64,000 nucleotides of DNA. It comes from a bacterium (lineage in GTDB: Bacteria > Hinthialibacterota > Hinthialibacteria > Hinthialibacterales > Hinthialibacteraceae). The stretch covers positions 64,001 through 128,000 of the forward strand of contig CAXXSM010000076.1 in assembly GCA_963663405.2 (NCBI GenBank). Reading direction: 5' to 3'. This document shows positions 41,907 through 52,543 of this stretch, one piece after another; the stretch's first letter is position 1; every line of letters starts with the position of its first letter. The notes under the pieces are model-generated. The model was given only the letters and a program-made list of their open reading frames with translations. It had not been told where the DNA came from and searched no databases. The translations under genes and the position numbers were made by a program.

Positions 41907-41958
41907 ACCAACCCTTAGAAAATCCCCCCCAACAATCAATCCGAAAGAAAAATCATCA

Positions 41959-44505
41959 TCACTCCCCACAACCCACCGACACCTGCACCCCACCGCCATT
42001 CGCCGTATAAAACAACCGTCCATTCGACGCATACGCCCCAACGCATTCCAACACATCCACCTGCGGGCCTGTGGATATCAATTTTGCGTTATCCGACAAA
42101 TCGTAGAGGTCCATGTTCGAGCCAATCAGGTATGGTTCTGAAATGTTGAAGCGGGTGCAGTTGTATCCCTTTGTTAATGTCTTTACAATCTTGCCGGTTT
42201 CTTTATCCAGTAAATAGCCGTTTTGATATTGCGCATGGGTGAAGAGATGTTCTTTCCCGATCGTGATCGCATGAATGGCGCCGAGGACCGGATCGGATTT
42301 CCAAACCAGAGAACCATCGCTGGCGTCAAGACACCATACCCGGTTGGTTTTTCCTTCGACTGGGTTGTAGCCGCCGAGATAGAGCCGTTTGTCCTTGCCT
42401 GTGATCGTGCAGCCCGCATGGACAGTGTATTCAACCGTCGACCAGAGAACTTCTCCATCCTCCGGCTTCATCGCCAAAGTGACGCCTTTCGCGTTGGGGA
42501 AGCCCCGGCGCGTTTTGGCTGAATCGCCGAAATAGCAGGAATAATAGAGAACGCCATCCATCAGACAGATCCCCACGTCATCCCCCCCGGCGCCGTATTC
42601 CGAGAAATCCTTGGTCCATAACACATCCCCCGTGTCCACATTCCACGCGCGCAGGAGTGGTTTATGATCCTTCGGGAATCCAAAAGTGCTCTGATGCTCG
42701 AACAGCCACGATTTCCCAGTAAATTTCCCCGTGCTGAATGGATAGAACGCCATGTTTTTATAAATAATAGGCGGCATTTGGCGGTTCCAACTTGGTGAGC
42801 CGGAAAACGGCGCTTCCCAAATTAAATTCCCCGTCTCCGCGTCCAGGCAGCGCAGCATGGATTTCTCAATCCCCGCCTGCGGTACTAAAATTCGCCCTTC
42901 GTAATACACCGGCGATGTGAACGAGACGTGCACACCCGGCCAATATCGCCTCCATAGCAAACGCCCCGTCTCCTGTTCGACCGCGAAAATCTGCCCTTCG
43001 GCTGTGTGGGTGTAGATCCGCCCTTCCCCACAGACGGAGAAGTGTTTGACCGTTCCTTTGTATTTCCGGATCCATTTCATCTTAAATGGCGGTTTGATTC
43101 CCTGTTCGTTGGCGTTTGAATTCGCCCAATCGCTGAAACTGGTAAAACGGTTGTATTTCGCATCCGTTTTCGATCCTGTGAGCGGACTTCGAATCCGCCA
43201 AAGTTCAAGATCTTTCTGTGGAAGCGGTTCCTCCCCATCCGGCCCTAATCCATACAAATATCCATCCTCACACCCAAAATACACCCGCCCGTCACAAACC
43301 GCGGCGGGCGCGGTAATCGCCTTCCCAAACGCGGTTTTAAATGACCAGACCTCCCCTTCTCCAGAAAGCGGAACGATATAAAGGCTCCCATCCAATCCTC
43401 CATAGATCGCCTGATCGCACAACAAAACCGGCGCCGCGATGGAGGGATATCCCCCTAAATATTGTGTTTCTTTCTCCGCCGAATGTTTACACAGCCCAAA
43501 ATTCTCTTCCGGACGGCAGCGGTACACCACGCCCTCACGCGCGCTTACCGAACTGAAACTGAGCGACCACGGAAGATCATTCCACGTCTTCGTTCCTGGA
43601 ACCTCGCTCTTTTCCACTTCTCCATTTCGAAATCGGAGCGCGTCCACCGCTCCCCGGTTGTCCCGCCGGTGCCACTGCCGGTAGATCGTTCCATCCTTAC
43701 TAATACTCAAACCCAACGTCGCGGGGCTTTCGCGGTTTGGATCGTTAAGAGCGTAGACTTTACGAACAACCGGCGCGTCGCCCGAATCTTCCAGCCACGC
43801 GAGCGATCCCCCCGCCGGGAGAACGAGCGTTTTCTGGTAGACCGCCAGATTCCGGACACAACAGAATTGATCTTCCCACGTCACCCGTCCATTCTTATGC
43901 TTGAGCCAATCCGCCCCACTCCAGCGGTTCCCCTTGAATCCCATCGTTTCTTTGACGAAATCCCACGTCCAACAGACTGTGCCATCCGGTTCGAGAGCGT
44001 ACACCTTCGAACCCAGCGTGGCGAAATATACACGGCCGTTCGAAACGGCGGGCGCGCTGAAAATCGGCTCTCCACAGACGATCTGTTTAATTACGCTTCC
44101 ATTCACCTTGTCCAGAACATAGTAATATCCAGTCATCGCGCCGAAATGAAGATATCGCCCTGCAATGGCCGGTGATGAAACATTGCTGCAGTTAGCAGCG
44201 CCACCAGGGCTTTGAAATTTCCAAATCAATTCCATCGTTTCCGCATTAACGCAGAACGCCGCTCCCGATCCATCCACGATGTACACTCGCCCATCCGAAA
44301 CGGCCGGCGCCGTAAACGCTGCGTCCGTCAATGGAACCGCGCCAAGTAAGCCCAATGGTGTACGAACGCTCCGATCGGCGGCGCCGCCCGAATGACCGGA
44401 ATCGAATTTGAATTGTGTCCAATCTTCTCCATAAACGGTAGAGAAACATAGTAAAGATAAAACAATTGAGAAACTGATTGTTGTATAAACAAATCGCGCC
44501 ATCAT
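41959..44505 (-). CDS. Secreted PQQ-like/BamB-type beta-propeller repeat protein (two propellers)
   Basis: Signal peptide, DWTQFKFD..HSG, many PAV.DGRVY / LDA.TG..IW repeats. Confidence 0.85.
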   Translation of the reverse strand: MMARFVYTTISFSIVLSLLCFSTVYGEDWTQFKFDSGHSGGAADRSVRTPLGLLGAVPLTDAAFTAPAVSDGRVYIVDGSGAAFCVNAETMELIWKFQSPGGAANCSNVSSPAIAGRYLHFGAMTGYYYVLDKVNGSVIKQIVCGEPIFSAPAVSNGRVYFATLGSKVYALEPDGTVCWTWDFVKETMGFKGNRWSGADWLKHKNGRVTWEDQFCCVRNLAVYQKTLVLPAGGSLAWLEDSGDAPVVRKVYALNDPNRESPATLGLSISKDGTIYRQWHRRDNRGAVDALRFRNGEVEKSEVPGTKTWNDLPWSLSFSSVSAREGVVYRCRPEENFGLCKHSAEKETQYLGGYPSIAAPVLLCDQAIYGGLDGSLYIVPLSGEGEVWSFKTAFGKAITAPAAVCDGRVYFGCEDGYLYGLGPDGEEPLPQKDLELWRIRSPLTGSKTDAKYNRFTSFSDWANSNANEQGIKPPFKMKWIRKYKGTVKHFSVCGEGRIYTHTAEGQIFAVEQETGRLLWRRYWPGVHVSFTSPVYYEGRILVPQAGIEKSMLRCLDAETGNLIWEAPFSGSPSWNRQMPPIIYKNMAFYPFSTGKFTGKSWLFEHQSTFGFPKDHKPLLRAWNVDTGDVLWTKDFSEYGAGGDDVGICLMDGVLYYSCYFGDSAKTRRGFPNAKGVTLAMKPEDGEVLWSTVEYTVHAGCTITGKDKRLYLGGYNPVEGKTNRVWCLDASDGSLVWKSDPVLGAIHAITIGKEHLFTHAQYQNGYLLDKETGKIVKTLTKGYNCTRFNISEPYLIGSNMDLYDLSDNAKLISTGPQVDVLECVGAYASNGRLFYTANGGGVQVSVGCGE

Positions 44506-44769
44506 CGATCCTCCCCATGCTAACAGTTTTATAGTGAAATAAAGGATTTTTCATCATATCATAAAAGATTGTCTCGAATATAGCGCTCTCGCCACGAGAA
44601 GAATTCACTCGTATTGGCATTGCCGTATTTTTCACAAGGAAATACCCTATAAGGTGTCCAAATCAATCCACCCTTGTTGATTCTCTTTTTGGATTTCTAG
44701 TGATGGGAGTGATGATTCCCGATTGGGGAGATTTAACGATGGATGGAATAAACAATATGAGGTGCAGTC

Positions 44770-45336
44770 ATGCGGTATTTCCAAAAAGGTTTCACACTGA
44801 TTGAATTGCTCATTGTCGTCGCCATCATTGGAATTCTCGCGGCGATCGCCGTGCCGAATTTTCTGAACGCCCAGATGCGGGCCAAAATCACCCGCGTAAA
44901 AGCCGATTTCCGGGCGATCGACACATCGTTCCAGAGTTATATGCTCGATAATAACCACTATCCGCCCGATGTCGGTGGGCCTTGCGAGGATGTGCTCGCG
45001 TATTATCGGCTTACGACACCGATCGCGTATATTTCAAATCTCAGCGTTTTCAAGGATTATTTTACAAACGAAAATCCGGAAGGCGCGATCGGCGCGGCTT
45101 GCGAGTTTAACTATTATGATTATGGAATGGTTCCCTACATCACCGAATCTGGCGTGGGTTACGTTGTCATCAGTTTTGGCCCGGACCGGGATCTGGATAT
45201 GGGCTGGAACACAAATTCAATGGACGCGTTGAAACGAAATGACGCCCCCAATTTATCGTTCTTATACGATTCATCGAACGGCCTTATTTCATCCGGCGAC
45301 CTGATCTTAACCGGTCTCGGCATCCACAATAAATAA
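44770..45336 (+). CDS. Prepilin-type N-methylation protein 2
   Basis: KG|FTLIELL...PNFLNAQ; LTTPIAY; SFGPD; YDSSNGLISSGD. Confidence 0.92.
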   Translation: MRYFQKGFTLIELLIVVAIIGILAAIAVPNFLNAQMRAKITRVKADFRAIDTSFQSYMLDNNHYPPDVGGPCEDVLAYYRLTTPIAYISNLSVFKDYFTNENPEGAIGAACEFNYYDYGMVPYITESGVGYVVISFGPDRDLDMGWNTNSMDALKRNDAPNLSFLYDSSNGLISSGDLILTGLGIHNK

Positions 45337-45337
45337 A

Positions 45338-45550
45338 TGGAGCGCGAGCGTCTCGCCCGTGACTTAGCGGGCGCCCCACCTGTAACTTAGTGTAACTTAG
45401 CGGGTACCCAGGGCAAGGCGTTTTTTCTACCCTAACCTAAATCCCGCAAACCTCCCACTAATCCCCTCCATCATGTTTTCACGGATACCCACGGCAAGTA
45501 CCGACGCTCGCGCCGGAGCCTTTGCGTTTCCTCTGCCCTGGCCTAAATCC
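45338..45550. repeat. Cluster of family D and family C repeats between convergent genes
   Basis: D 45338-45362 TGGAGCGCGAGCGTCTCGCCCGTGA; C 45400-45444; C 45482-45550 with an inverted D-like piece in its loop. Confidence 0.75.
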
Positions 45551-45551
45551 C

Positions 45552-46433
45552 TCATTCTGTACACTCCATCACCACACGGAAACCAAGGCTATAATGAAAA
45601 TCGATCTGCTGTTCAAATCCACGGGACGCCGACCGGTTTTTGTCTGGGGGATTCATTGTACTGCCGCCTCGGAAAACACGAGACGTTAATGGCAAACTCA
45701 ACATGGACAAAGGCCCTTTCGGATCAATCTGCGCGCCACGTTCGCAAGGCTCCTGCCACTGGTCCGAGCACCATTCCGCCACGTTACCAAGCATGTCATA
45801 CAATCCCCAGGCATTCGGCTCTTTCTGACCCACTTCCATCGCCAAGTCCGAATCCGTGTTTCGCCGGCTCCACATATAGTCATCCGCATTGTCCGCGGAA
45901 TCGCCGAAGAAGAAGGACGTGTCCGTTCCCGCCCGGCAGGCGTATTCCCATTCCGCTTCCGTCGGAAGCCGGAACGTCCCAAGGTCTTTTTTATTCAGCT
46001 TCTTGATGAACGAACTGCATTGGGACCACGAGAGTTTCGTTGCGGGAAAATCCGGCCCAATGGCGATATGTTTTCTTTTTTGAAAGGGATTTTGTTCTGT
46101 CACCGCTTCCCATTGCCCTTGGGTGAACTCGTATTTCCCCATATAGAACGGCTTGGAGATTGTCACGGTATGCGGCGGCCATTCCCGATTCGAACGTCCA
46201 CACTCGTCTTCCGGCGAACCCATCGTAAACGTCCCGGCGGGGATCAATACCATCTCCAACGCCTTCGCGTCATCCGGAAGATTCGGCAAATCAATGGTAA
46301 TCGTCTTCTCCAGAGCGTCCGCTTCAGCCTCCGATCCGCAGGATAGGGCAAGCAGGAGAAAGATCAGTATACCGATGATTCCATAGAAAGAAAAAAACTT
46401 GATCGCGAAATGCTTTAGGGCGGCACAGTTCAT
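45552..46433 (-). CDS. FGE-sulfatase (formylglycine-generating enzyme family) domain lipoprotein
   Basis: LALSC lipobox, FTMGS, RLPTEAEWEYACRAG, N.WGLYDM.GNV.EW, RGGS, GFR. Confidence 0.92.
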   Translation of the reverse strand: MNCAALKHFAIKFFSFYGIIGILIFLLLALSCGSEAEADALEKTITIDLPNLPDDAKALEMVLIPAGTFTMGSPEDECGRSNREWPPHTVTISKPFYMGKYEFTQGQWEAVTEQNPFQKRKHIAIGPDFPATKLSWSQCSSFIKKLNKKDLGTFRLPTEAEWEYACRAGTDTSFFFGDSADNADDYMWSRRNTDSDLAMEVGQKEPNAWGLYDMLGNVAEWCSDQWQEPCERGAQIDPKGPLSMLSLPLTSRVFRGGSTMNPPDKNRSASRGFEQQIDFHYSLGFRVVMECTE

Positions 46434-46620
46434 TGCGCTCCTCCATCAACACATGGATTTTGGATCGTCCCTGCTGAATCATATTTGTAGTTCATTTGGC
46501 TCATCCAGTAGAGAGGGATCGTATAGAAAGAACTTTATAATATAAAGAACTTTCTCAATACTACTCTAAAACGAGATCCAATGCAAGTGCGTTTTATATT
46601 TTTTGGGGATTAATTTTTTG

Positions 46621-46670
46621 CATCACGGATGAGGTAGGATAAACACGGATTTTTTTCCGTGCAATACGTG
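46621..46670. repeat. Family B (CACGGAT/TCCGTG) repeat
   Basis: CACGGATGAGGTAGGATAAACACGGATTTTTTTCCGTG. Confidence 0.55.
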
Positions 46671-46758
46671 AATATCGGAACTCTCCTTGATGTACAAAGA
46701 GAAAGGCTTTGTCAAGAAATCCCGTTGGATGCGCCAAGAGAACAATCCAAACAGGCTC

Positions 46759-49476
46759 TCACTCCATTGGAATTCCCGCCGCGTTAGCATGGCCAAGGGC
46801 TGCGGCTTGCGCGTAGTTCAACGTTTTATTGCGCAATTGTACGCTGTTGATATACCCACCGATCGTCTGGTTGTCATTATCCGCCATCAGCAGGACTTCC
46901 GGACCGAGTGACCACCGGCCATCCAATTCGATCCCGCTGGTATTGATCTGCACAAGGCCGCCATCGATATAGCTATGCATAACGCCAGCGGCGGCGTCCA
47001 CTGCCAAAACCACTCGATGCCACTGCCCCGCCGTCATCTGCCCGCCGAAATTACCCGCCGCGCCGATCGCTCCATCCGCTCGAATAAACCAATCGGCGTC
47101 GTCCGCGTTCGTTGGATCCGTTTGCCACAAGCCGGCCATTCCCAACGCGTCGATGGATATATCCATGATAAGGGTATATTGATTTATACGGGTTCCACCC
47201 CCGTTGGGTTGCAGACCGTGGATCATACGGAAATATGTGCCTTGTTCGTAACGAACCATACCAGCGCTGGTTACATTGATCATCTGCTCTGAAAAACTGA
47301 AATCAGGAACCGCCGGGGGATTGATGGCGCCGATTTCAAGTGGAGCGGCTCCCGTCGATGAAGAAAGATCCCCATCAAAATCCCATTGCGCGATTTGCAG
47401 CGCCGGAATGGGTGTCGGCGTCCCGGTCTCCTCCGGCGCCGGGGTGACTGTCGGCGTCGGTGTCGGAGTGGATGTGGATTCTAATTGTGGTTCTGTCGGT
47501 ACCGGTGTCGGCGTAGATTGAGATTCACCCTCCGATGTTTCCTCTTCGCTGGAGGCTCCGCTGGGATCGTATTCGATGTTGTTTGTAATCAGGATTTTAT
47601 CGAGTTTCGTTCCATCTTCCCTCTGTTTGACGACAAACGAGTGCACTCCCGCGTCTAACGTGAATATCACGGGATTTGAATTGTCGGCGCCTTCGGGAAC
47701 TTGATTGACCTGATCCCATACCCACGTTTCATACCCCCCCAGTTTCGTATTCCAGACAATCTCCTGTCCTCCATCCATAGAGACATAGAACGAGTTGCTG
47801 TTCCCCCAATTGGAGATCTCCCGCCCCCAGATGGTATAAGTCCCGGCCTGTTTGACAGAGAATGCGTATTCTACATAACCATTCTCCAAGCCCCCTTCAC
47901 CTTGGGGAACCCAGATAAACGCGCCGGCGATGGCGTCCGGCTCCTCTCGCATCGGCGCGTGAAGCACACCCGCTTCCGCTTCCAGCCACAACACTTCACT
48001 CGGTTTCCCATCCAACTCAACCGAAACCATTGCCGGCACAGGTAGAATCTCAATCGTCACCGTATCGCTGATTGGTGAATGAACCTCGTCATTGACTGTG
48101 AAATAGAGTTCATACGTTCCTTCGGCGTTTGGTGTAAAGATCGGATTCGCGATGAACTTGTTCGAAAATTGATTGAGATTTTTATCCGGTCCGGATAAGA
48201 TGAACCAGGAATAAGTATATGTGCCGTCCCCGCCTGTCGCGTGTCCATTTAATGGTACCGGGACTTTCCCCGCGATCTGAAGATCTTCCCCCGCATCCGC
48301 GACGAGAGGTGTGATGTTGATCGGAGGCATCAGTTCGCTATCATCTGAATCCGGACTGGCGGATGGGTCGAGGGCTTCATCATCCGGTGTATAAATTAAA
48401 TCATTTGTAATCAAGAGCCGGTCAAGCTTCGTCCCCGCCTCCCGCTGTTTCACTCGCAGCGTATGTTCTCCCTCCGTCAACAAAAATCGGACAGGTTCAA
48501 TATTCCCACCCAATTCATCCCCCTCGCTGACCGGATCCCACACCCACGTGTTATATCCGCCCATTGTAGTGTTCCACACCACTTCTTCTCCCCCATCAAC
48601 GGAAACATAGAACGAGTTGCTGAGACCGTCATTGGATATTTCCCGCCCCCAAACCTGATAATAACCGGTCAATGGCACAGTAAAATCATACTCTGCGTAT
48701 CCCTCTTCTCCGCCGCCCTGATCATCCGCTACCCAAACATATTTTCCATCCTGCGCGGTTTCATCCAATTTAATGGTCATCGGTGGGAATAGAATTCCCG
48801 ACTCTGCTTCCATGAGTGTCATCGTTGGACGAACGGTAATGGTAATCGTATCATTCGCAGGCGGATTCACTCCGTCTTTTACAATGAAATACAGAACGTA
48901 CGTTCCCGGCGACTTCGGCGTGAAAAGAGGATCGGGAGCTGAATTGGTCGAAAATTGGTCTAAAGAAACATTCGGACCGGATAGAACTGACCAGGAATAC
49001 GTATAATTTGCGGTTCCACCCGTCGCAAATCCATTTAATACGATGGGCGAAAAAATCTCCTGATCCTCTCCGGCGTCAGCGGTGATTGGACTCTCCTCTT
49101 CGGGATTGTAACCTGGAGTACTTTCGTCCCCCTCTCCTATCGTAAACGAGATTTCTTCGGAAAACTCGCTCTCATTGAAATACTTGTTATACGATTTCAG
49201 GGCAAAAAAATAAGTTCGGCCTTCCTCCAAATGGGTAATTGTATATGTGTTCACATTCCCTACATCAATCACCGAATCGTATAATCCACTCTGCGTTCCA
49301 TAATAAACATTGAAACCGGTCTGCGTGGAATTAGGATGAGGATCCCAGGTAAGAGTCACCTCTCCAGCGCCGCTGGATTGGGATTGCGATAGAACGGCTG
49401 TAACTATAATGAAAAAAATAAGAAGGCTTGGATACCTATTTAAAAACCAATTCAGTGGATAATGAGAGGAAACCAT
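46759..49476 (-). CDS. Large secreted modular protein: Fn3 + 2x(PKD-like + CBM-like) + PT linker + LamG-like domain
   Basis: VTLTWD...GFNVYYG (Fn3); duplicated ADAGED...YSW / EAE.G...NSFYVS.DG...QRE.GTKLD; TPTP linker; WHRVV...YIDG. Confidence 0.75.
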   Translation of the reverse strand: MVSSHYPLNWFLNRYPSLLIFFIIVTAVLSQSQSSGAGEVTLTWDPHPNSTQTGFNVYYGTQSGLYDSVIDVGNVNTYTITHLEEGRTYFFALKSYNKYFNESEFSEEISFTIGEGDESTPGYNPEEESPITADAGEDQEIFSPIVLNGFATGGTANYTYSWSVLSGPNVSLDQFSTNSAPDPLFTPKSPGTYVLYFIVKDGVNPPANDTITITVRPTMTLMEAESGILFPPMTIKLDETAQDGKYVWVADDQGGGEEGYAEYDFTVPLTGYYQVWGREISNDGLSNSFYVSVDGGEEVVWNTTMGGYNTWVWDPVSEGDELGGNIEPVRFLLTEGEHTLRVKQREAGTKLDRLLITNDLIYTPDDEALDPSASPDSDDSELMPPINITPLVADAGEDLQIAGKVPVPLNGHATGGDGTYTYSWFILSGPDKNLNQFSNKFIANPIFTPNAEGTYELYFTVNDEVHSPISDTVTIEILPVPAMVSVELDGKPSEVLWLEAEAGVLHAPMREEPDAIAGAFIWVPQGEGGLENGYVEYAFSVKQAGTYTIWGREISNWGNSNSFYVSMDGGQEIVWNTKLGGYETWVWDQVNQVPEGADNSNPVIFTLDAGVHSFVVKQREDGTKLDKILITNNIEYDPSGASSEEETSEGESQSTPTPVPTEPQLESTSTPTPTPTVTPAPEETGTPTPIPALQIAQWDFDGDLSSSTGAAPLEIGAINPPAVPDFSFSEQMINVTSAGMVRYEQGTYFRMIHGLQPNGGGTRINQYTLIMDISIDALGMAGLWQTDPTNADDADWFIRADGAIGAAGNFGGQMTAGQWHRVVLAVDAAAGVMHSYIDGGLVQINTSGIELDGRWSLGPEVLLMADNDNQTIGGYINSVQLRNKTLNYAQAAALGHANAAGIPME

Positions 49477-49614
49477 AATAAGAACCTTCCCTCCTCCCGG
49501 TCAAACAACACAGGAGAAAGCAAATTCGACCGAATGACTGCCTGTAATCAAAGGTTCATCCTAGTGATTATGTTTATTTATTAAACCATCATGATCGAAA
49601 ACACAACGATGAAA

Positions 49615-49642
49615 GGCCAAGGCATGTTTTTTTCTGCCCTGA
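49615..49642 (+). repeat. Degenerate family C repeat
   Basis: GGCCAAGGCATGTTTTTTTCTGCCCTGA. Confidence 0.45.
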
Positions 49643-50044
49643 CATAATTCTGTATTACTTCAATTTAAGATCGGCCGCGTTTTCGACCTGCAAATCTGAA
49701 AATTTATTATACCTTTTAATTTACATTATGTCAAATTACATTTCCTTTTAATTCATTATATTCAATTTTATCCTTCAATCATATTCTGATAGCGAATAAT
49801 TTCGGAAAAACGAAATGATTAATAGAAAAAGGATTACAAAATCGCTTGAATTAGTCGATCTATAATAACTCAATATGCGGAACAAATATATTTCGTTACG
49901 AGCATAACTATATTCTACAGCAATTTGAATAAAATAGATGATTTTTTCTAGTAATTTGATAACTACAGGATGAGATTTTCAATGAATTTGTAGCAATTAT
50001 TCATGTATTCTATTTGTAGCAAGTGGATGATCGGTATTGAATCA

Positions 50045-51022
50045 TTACCGGCCCTTTGAATCTTTGGAAAAGGTCATTCGTGAGGATGGTTGGGCGCGCT
50101 GACTAGGCGCGCTGGGTGTCGATTTCGTTTCACTCGCTCGGGCGATGGATGGGCTGGAGGATGAAGTTTGATTGATCTTTGCGTTGATCCCATCTTCGAT
50201 CGTATCGATATGACTAATGATTTCTTGTTTCTGTGATATCACACGGTCGATTCGGATAATCTCATTCAACTGTTGCCGCAGCGTTTCCTTCAGTACTTTT
50301 ACATTAGAGAGTTGCAACGTCGATTGTGATATTTTGCTGGCTTGAAAACTGCTCGATTGGCTCTGAAGAGATTTCAATCGCTCATGCACTGCGTTAAACA
50401 GATCCTCATCCCCCGCCTGCGCCGCGTCTATCCGGAGTTTTTCCAGCAATACGCTTCGCAGATTCTCATAAAAATCGATCTCCAATACGATTACGTTTTT
50501 CCAGCATTGAATTAAATTTAGGCGCCCGGCCAAAGCTTCGTGGATTTTCGTACCTAAATCGGACAGTTCCTTGGAATAGGAGGCTTTCAGGCTTTGGATT
50601 TCCCGCCGGTATTGAGTCCGGGCGCTCGTCTGGCAATCCGGCTTCTGGATTTCCTTCTGCAGATTGTTGTACCGTTTGATTCCCGGTTTGCTCTCGATTT
50701 GTTGGATGGATGTTTCCGTCACCGAGAGTGGACCGGCGATCTTATCCGCGCTATCCCTCTGTTTGTTTAATTTCTTGATGATATCGACCACCCATGCGGG
50801 TAATTGTATGTTCGATCCTTCCGGCGTTTTGATGACGGCGTCCAGTTCCTCAAATGTCGCGAATGGGCCAAACTCTTTTTCTTGTCCTTCAACAGGAACT
50901 TTCATCGCAAGAGATTGCACTTCTTCAATCTCGCAATCGATCTGACCAACGACTTTGGATGGTTCTCCATTTGCTAATAATATAATTAAATTTCGCAGGT
51001 CTGCTTTTGCCGCCATGTTCAC
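50045..51022 (-). CDS. Hypothetical coiled-coil protein
   Basis: 325-aa helical ORF with a Ser-rich tail; no family recognised. Confidence 0.6.
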   Translation of the reverse strand: MNMAAKADLRNLIILLANGEPSKVVGQIDCEIEEVQSLAMKVPVEGQEKEFGPFATFEELDAVIKTPEGSNIQLPAWVVDIIKKLNKQRDSADKIAGPLSVTETSIQQIESKPGIKRYNNLQKEIQKPDCQTSARTQYRREIQSLKASYSKELSDLGTKIHEALAGRLNLIQCWKNVIVLEIDFYENLRSVLLEKLRIDAAQAGDEDLFNAVHERLKSLQSQSSSFQASKISQSTLQLSNVKVLKETLRQQLNEIIRIDRVISQKQEIISHIDTIEDGINAKINQTSSSSPSIARASETKSTPSAPSQRAQPSSRMTFSKDSKGR

Positions 51023-51752
51023 CTGTTCAAATACTTGATACTATTGGTTTTCCTTGTCGCGAATCAATTCTTCTCATTGACAACCGGGCCGGCTTCGTTT
51101 ATTGGATATAATATCTTATATAATATAATCAAAATTGAAATCAATTTCAAATCGTATGAATCCACAGATAATTATTTTTTTTCTATTTTTTAAAATTGCT
51201 GTTCCTGTCTCATGATCAATTACCGAATGGTTGGGCTTTCCAGATTTAGGCCAAAAAAATACCGTCTATTGCTTTTCACAATACGAGTTATATGAGTAAA
51301 TTGTTTGTTTTTGCGGTATTATATTATTATTAGAAATACATTATCTTTATTTCTATCTTCATAAATGCGCTTTAAATTCCAATGCCTTGTTTCTCACGAG
51401 GCTCAATCCCCAACTCTCTTCGATAATTTTCTTTCTAATTCATTATAATGGGGAAAAAAGAAAACGCTACATTGTATCTGCAGGTTATTTGCTCCCCCTA
51501 TTATATCCACTGGAATTGAAGAGTATCGTGAATCCTGATTTTCGATAAAATATATTTTATAATATGAATCTAATTAATTTGAAATCCTGGACACCGTCTT
51601 TTCTTTCAAACCGCAATACGAATTTGAAGAAAGGAAACCTAAGGATACAAATCGATGTATTATGTGGAACGCTGGAGGTTGGTTTTTCATTTAACACTTA
51701 CAAGAAAAAACAGAATCGCCTGAATAACAAGGCGTCACGAGGGAGAAGAACA

Positions 51753-52409
51753 ATGGGGAAAAAAAGGAATGTATTGCATGGATTCACGTTGATTGAACTG
51801 CTCATCGTCGTCGCCATTATTGGAGTGCTCGCGGCGATCGCCGTTCCGAATTTTCTGAATGCGCAGATCCGCGCGAAAGTGTCGCGCTGCTACGCCGATA
51901 CAAAAGCGCTCGGAACGACCATTGAAATCCTGCGGATGGATAAAGGCGTGATGCTGGTCGATTGGTGGGACGACGACCGGGAATGGGGTCATGAGCGTCT
52001 CCGCACGATCTTCAACATGGTCGGCGCTGGAGACTTCGAAGCGCGGGGCCGTAACGCCGTGCTTGCGCCGTTGACGAGTCCTGTCAACTACATGTCATCT
52101 ATTCCAAAAGATCCGTTTCAAAGCCCGGCGATCGATGGCGGCTGCTACTATTATTACCTCGACAACGATCCCGAAGATCCAACCGACGATCACGATTTCC
52201 CCGCCTACAAAGAAGGCACAGCCGAAGTGTATGGCAACAAACCGTTGAAATCGGGAGAATGGGCCATCGGCGGTATCGGCCCTGATGGGGAATGGTACGG
52301 GGCGACATGGACCGACGCCACCTCCAACGCCCGTGGCAGCAAATACGATCCCAGCAACGGCCTCTCCAGCCGCGGCGATATCATGCTCACCTCCCGTGGG
52401 ATCGATTAA
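51753..52409 (+). CDS. Prepilin-type N-methylation protein 3
   Basis: Start reassigned to ATG 51753 (GGGAGA RBS); HG|FTLIELL; LTSPVNY; GIGPDG; YDPSNGLSSRGD. Confidence 0.92.
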   Translation: MGKKRNVLHGFTLIELLIVVAIIGVLAAIAVPNFLNAQIRAKVSRCYADTKALGTTIEILRMDKGVMLVDWWDDDREWGHERLRTIFNMVGAGDFEARGRNAVLAPLTSPVNYMSSIPKDPFQSPAIDGGCYYYYLDNDPEDPTDDHDFPAYKEGTAEVYGNKPLKSGEWAIGGIGPDGEWYGATWTDATSNARGSKYDPSNGLSSRGDIMLTSRGID

Positions 52410-52529
52410 TGGAGCGCGAGCGTCCCGCCCGTGAATTTGGATACATAGAGTGAGTGTTTCAATTGTGTATCCTACAATAATGAATCATATCCTGAACATC
52501 CTGCTAATCTTGCCCATCCAGATTCAGAC
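52410..52529. repeat. Family D repeat at the stop codon (52410-52434) and family E half-repeat (52489-52529)
   Basis: TAA-TGGAGCGCGAGCGTCCCGCCCGTGA; ATCCTGAACATCCTGCTAATCTTGCCCATCCAGATTCAGAC. Confidence 0.75.
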
Positions 52530-52543
52530 AAAAAAAAATCCAT

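Noticed and set aside
45552-45700. FGE-sulfatase C-terminus as a diversity-generating retroelement target
   Set aside because: No template repeat or reverse transcriptase seen in the window; a remote DGR cannot be excluded.
51564-51752. 63-aa N-terminal extension on pilin 3
   Set aside because: AT-rich upstream DNA; the RBS and short prepilin leader favour ATG 51753.
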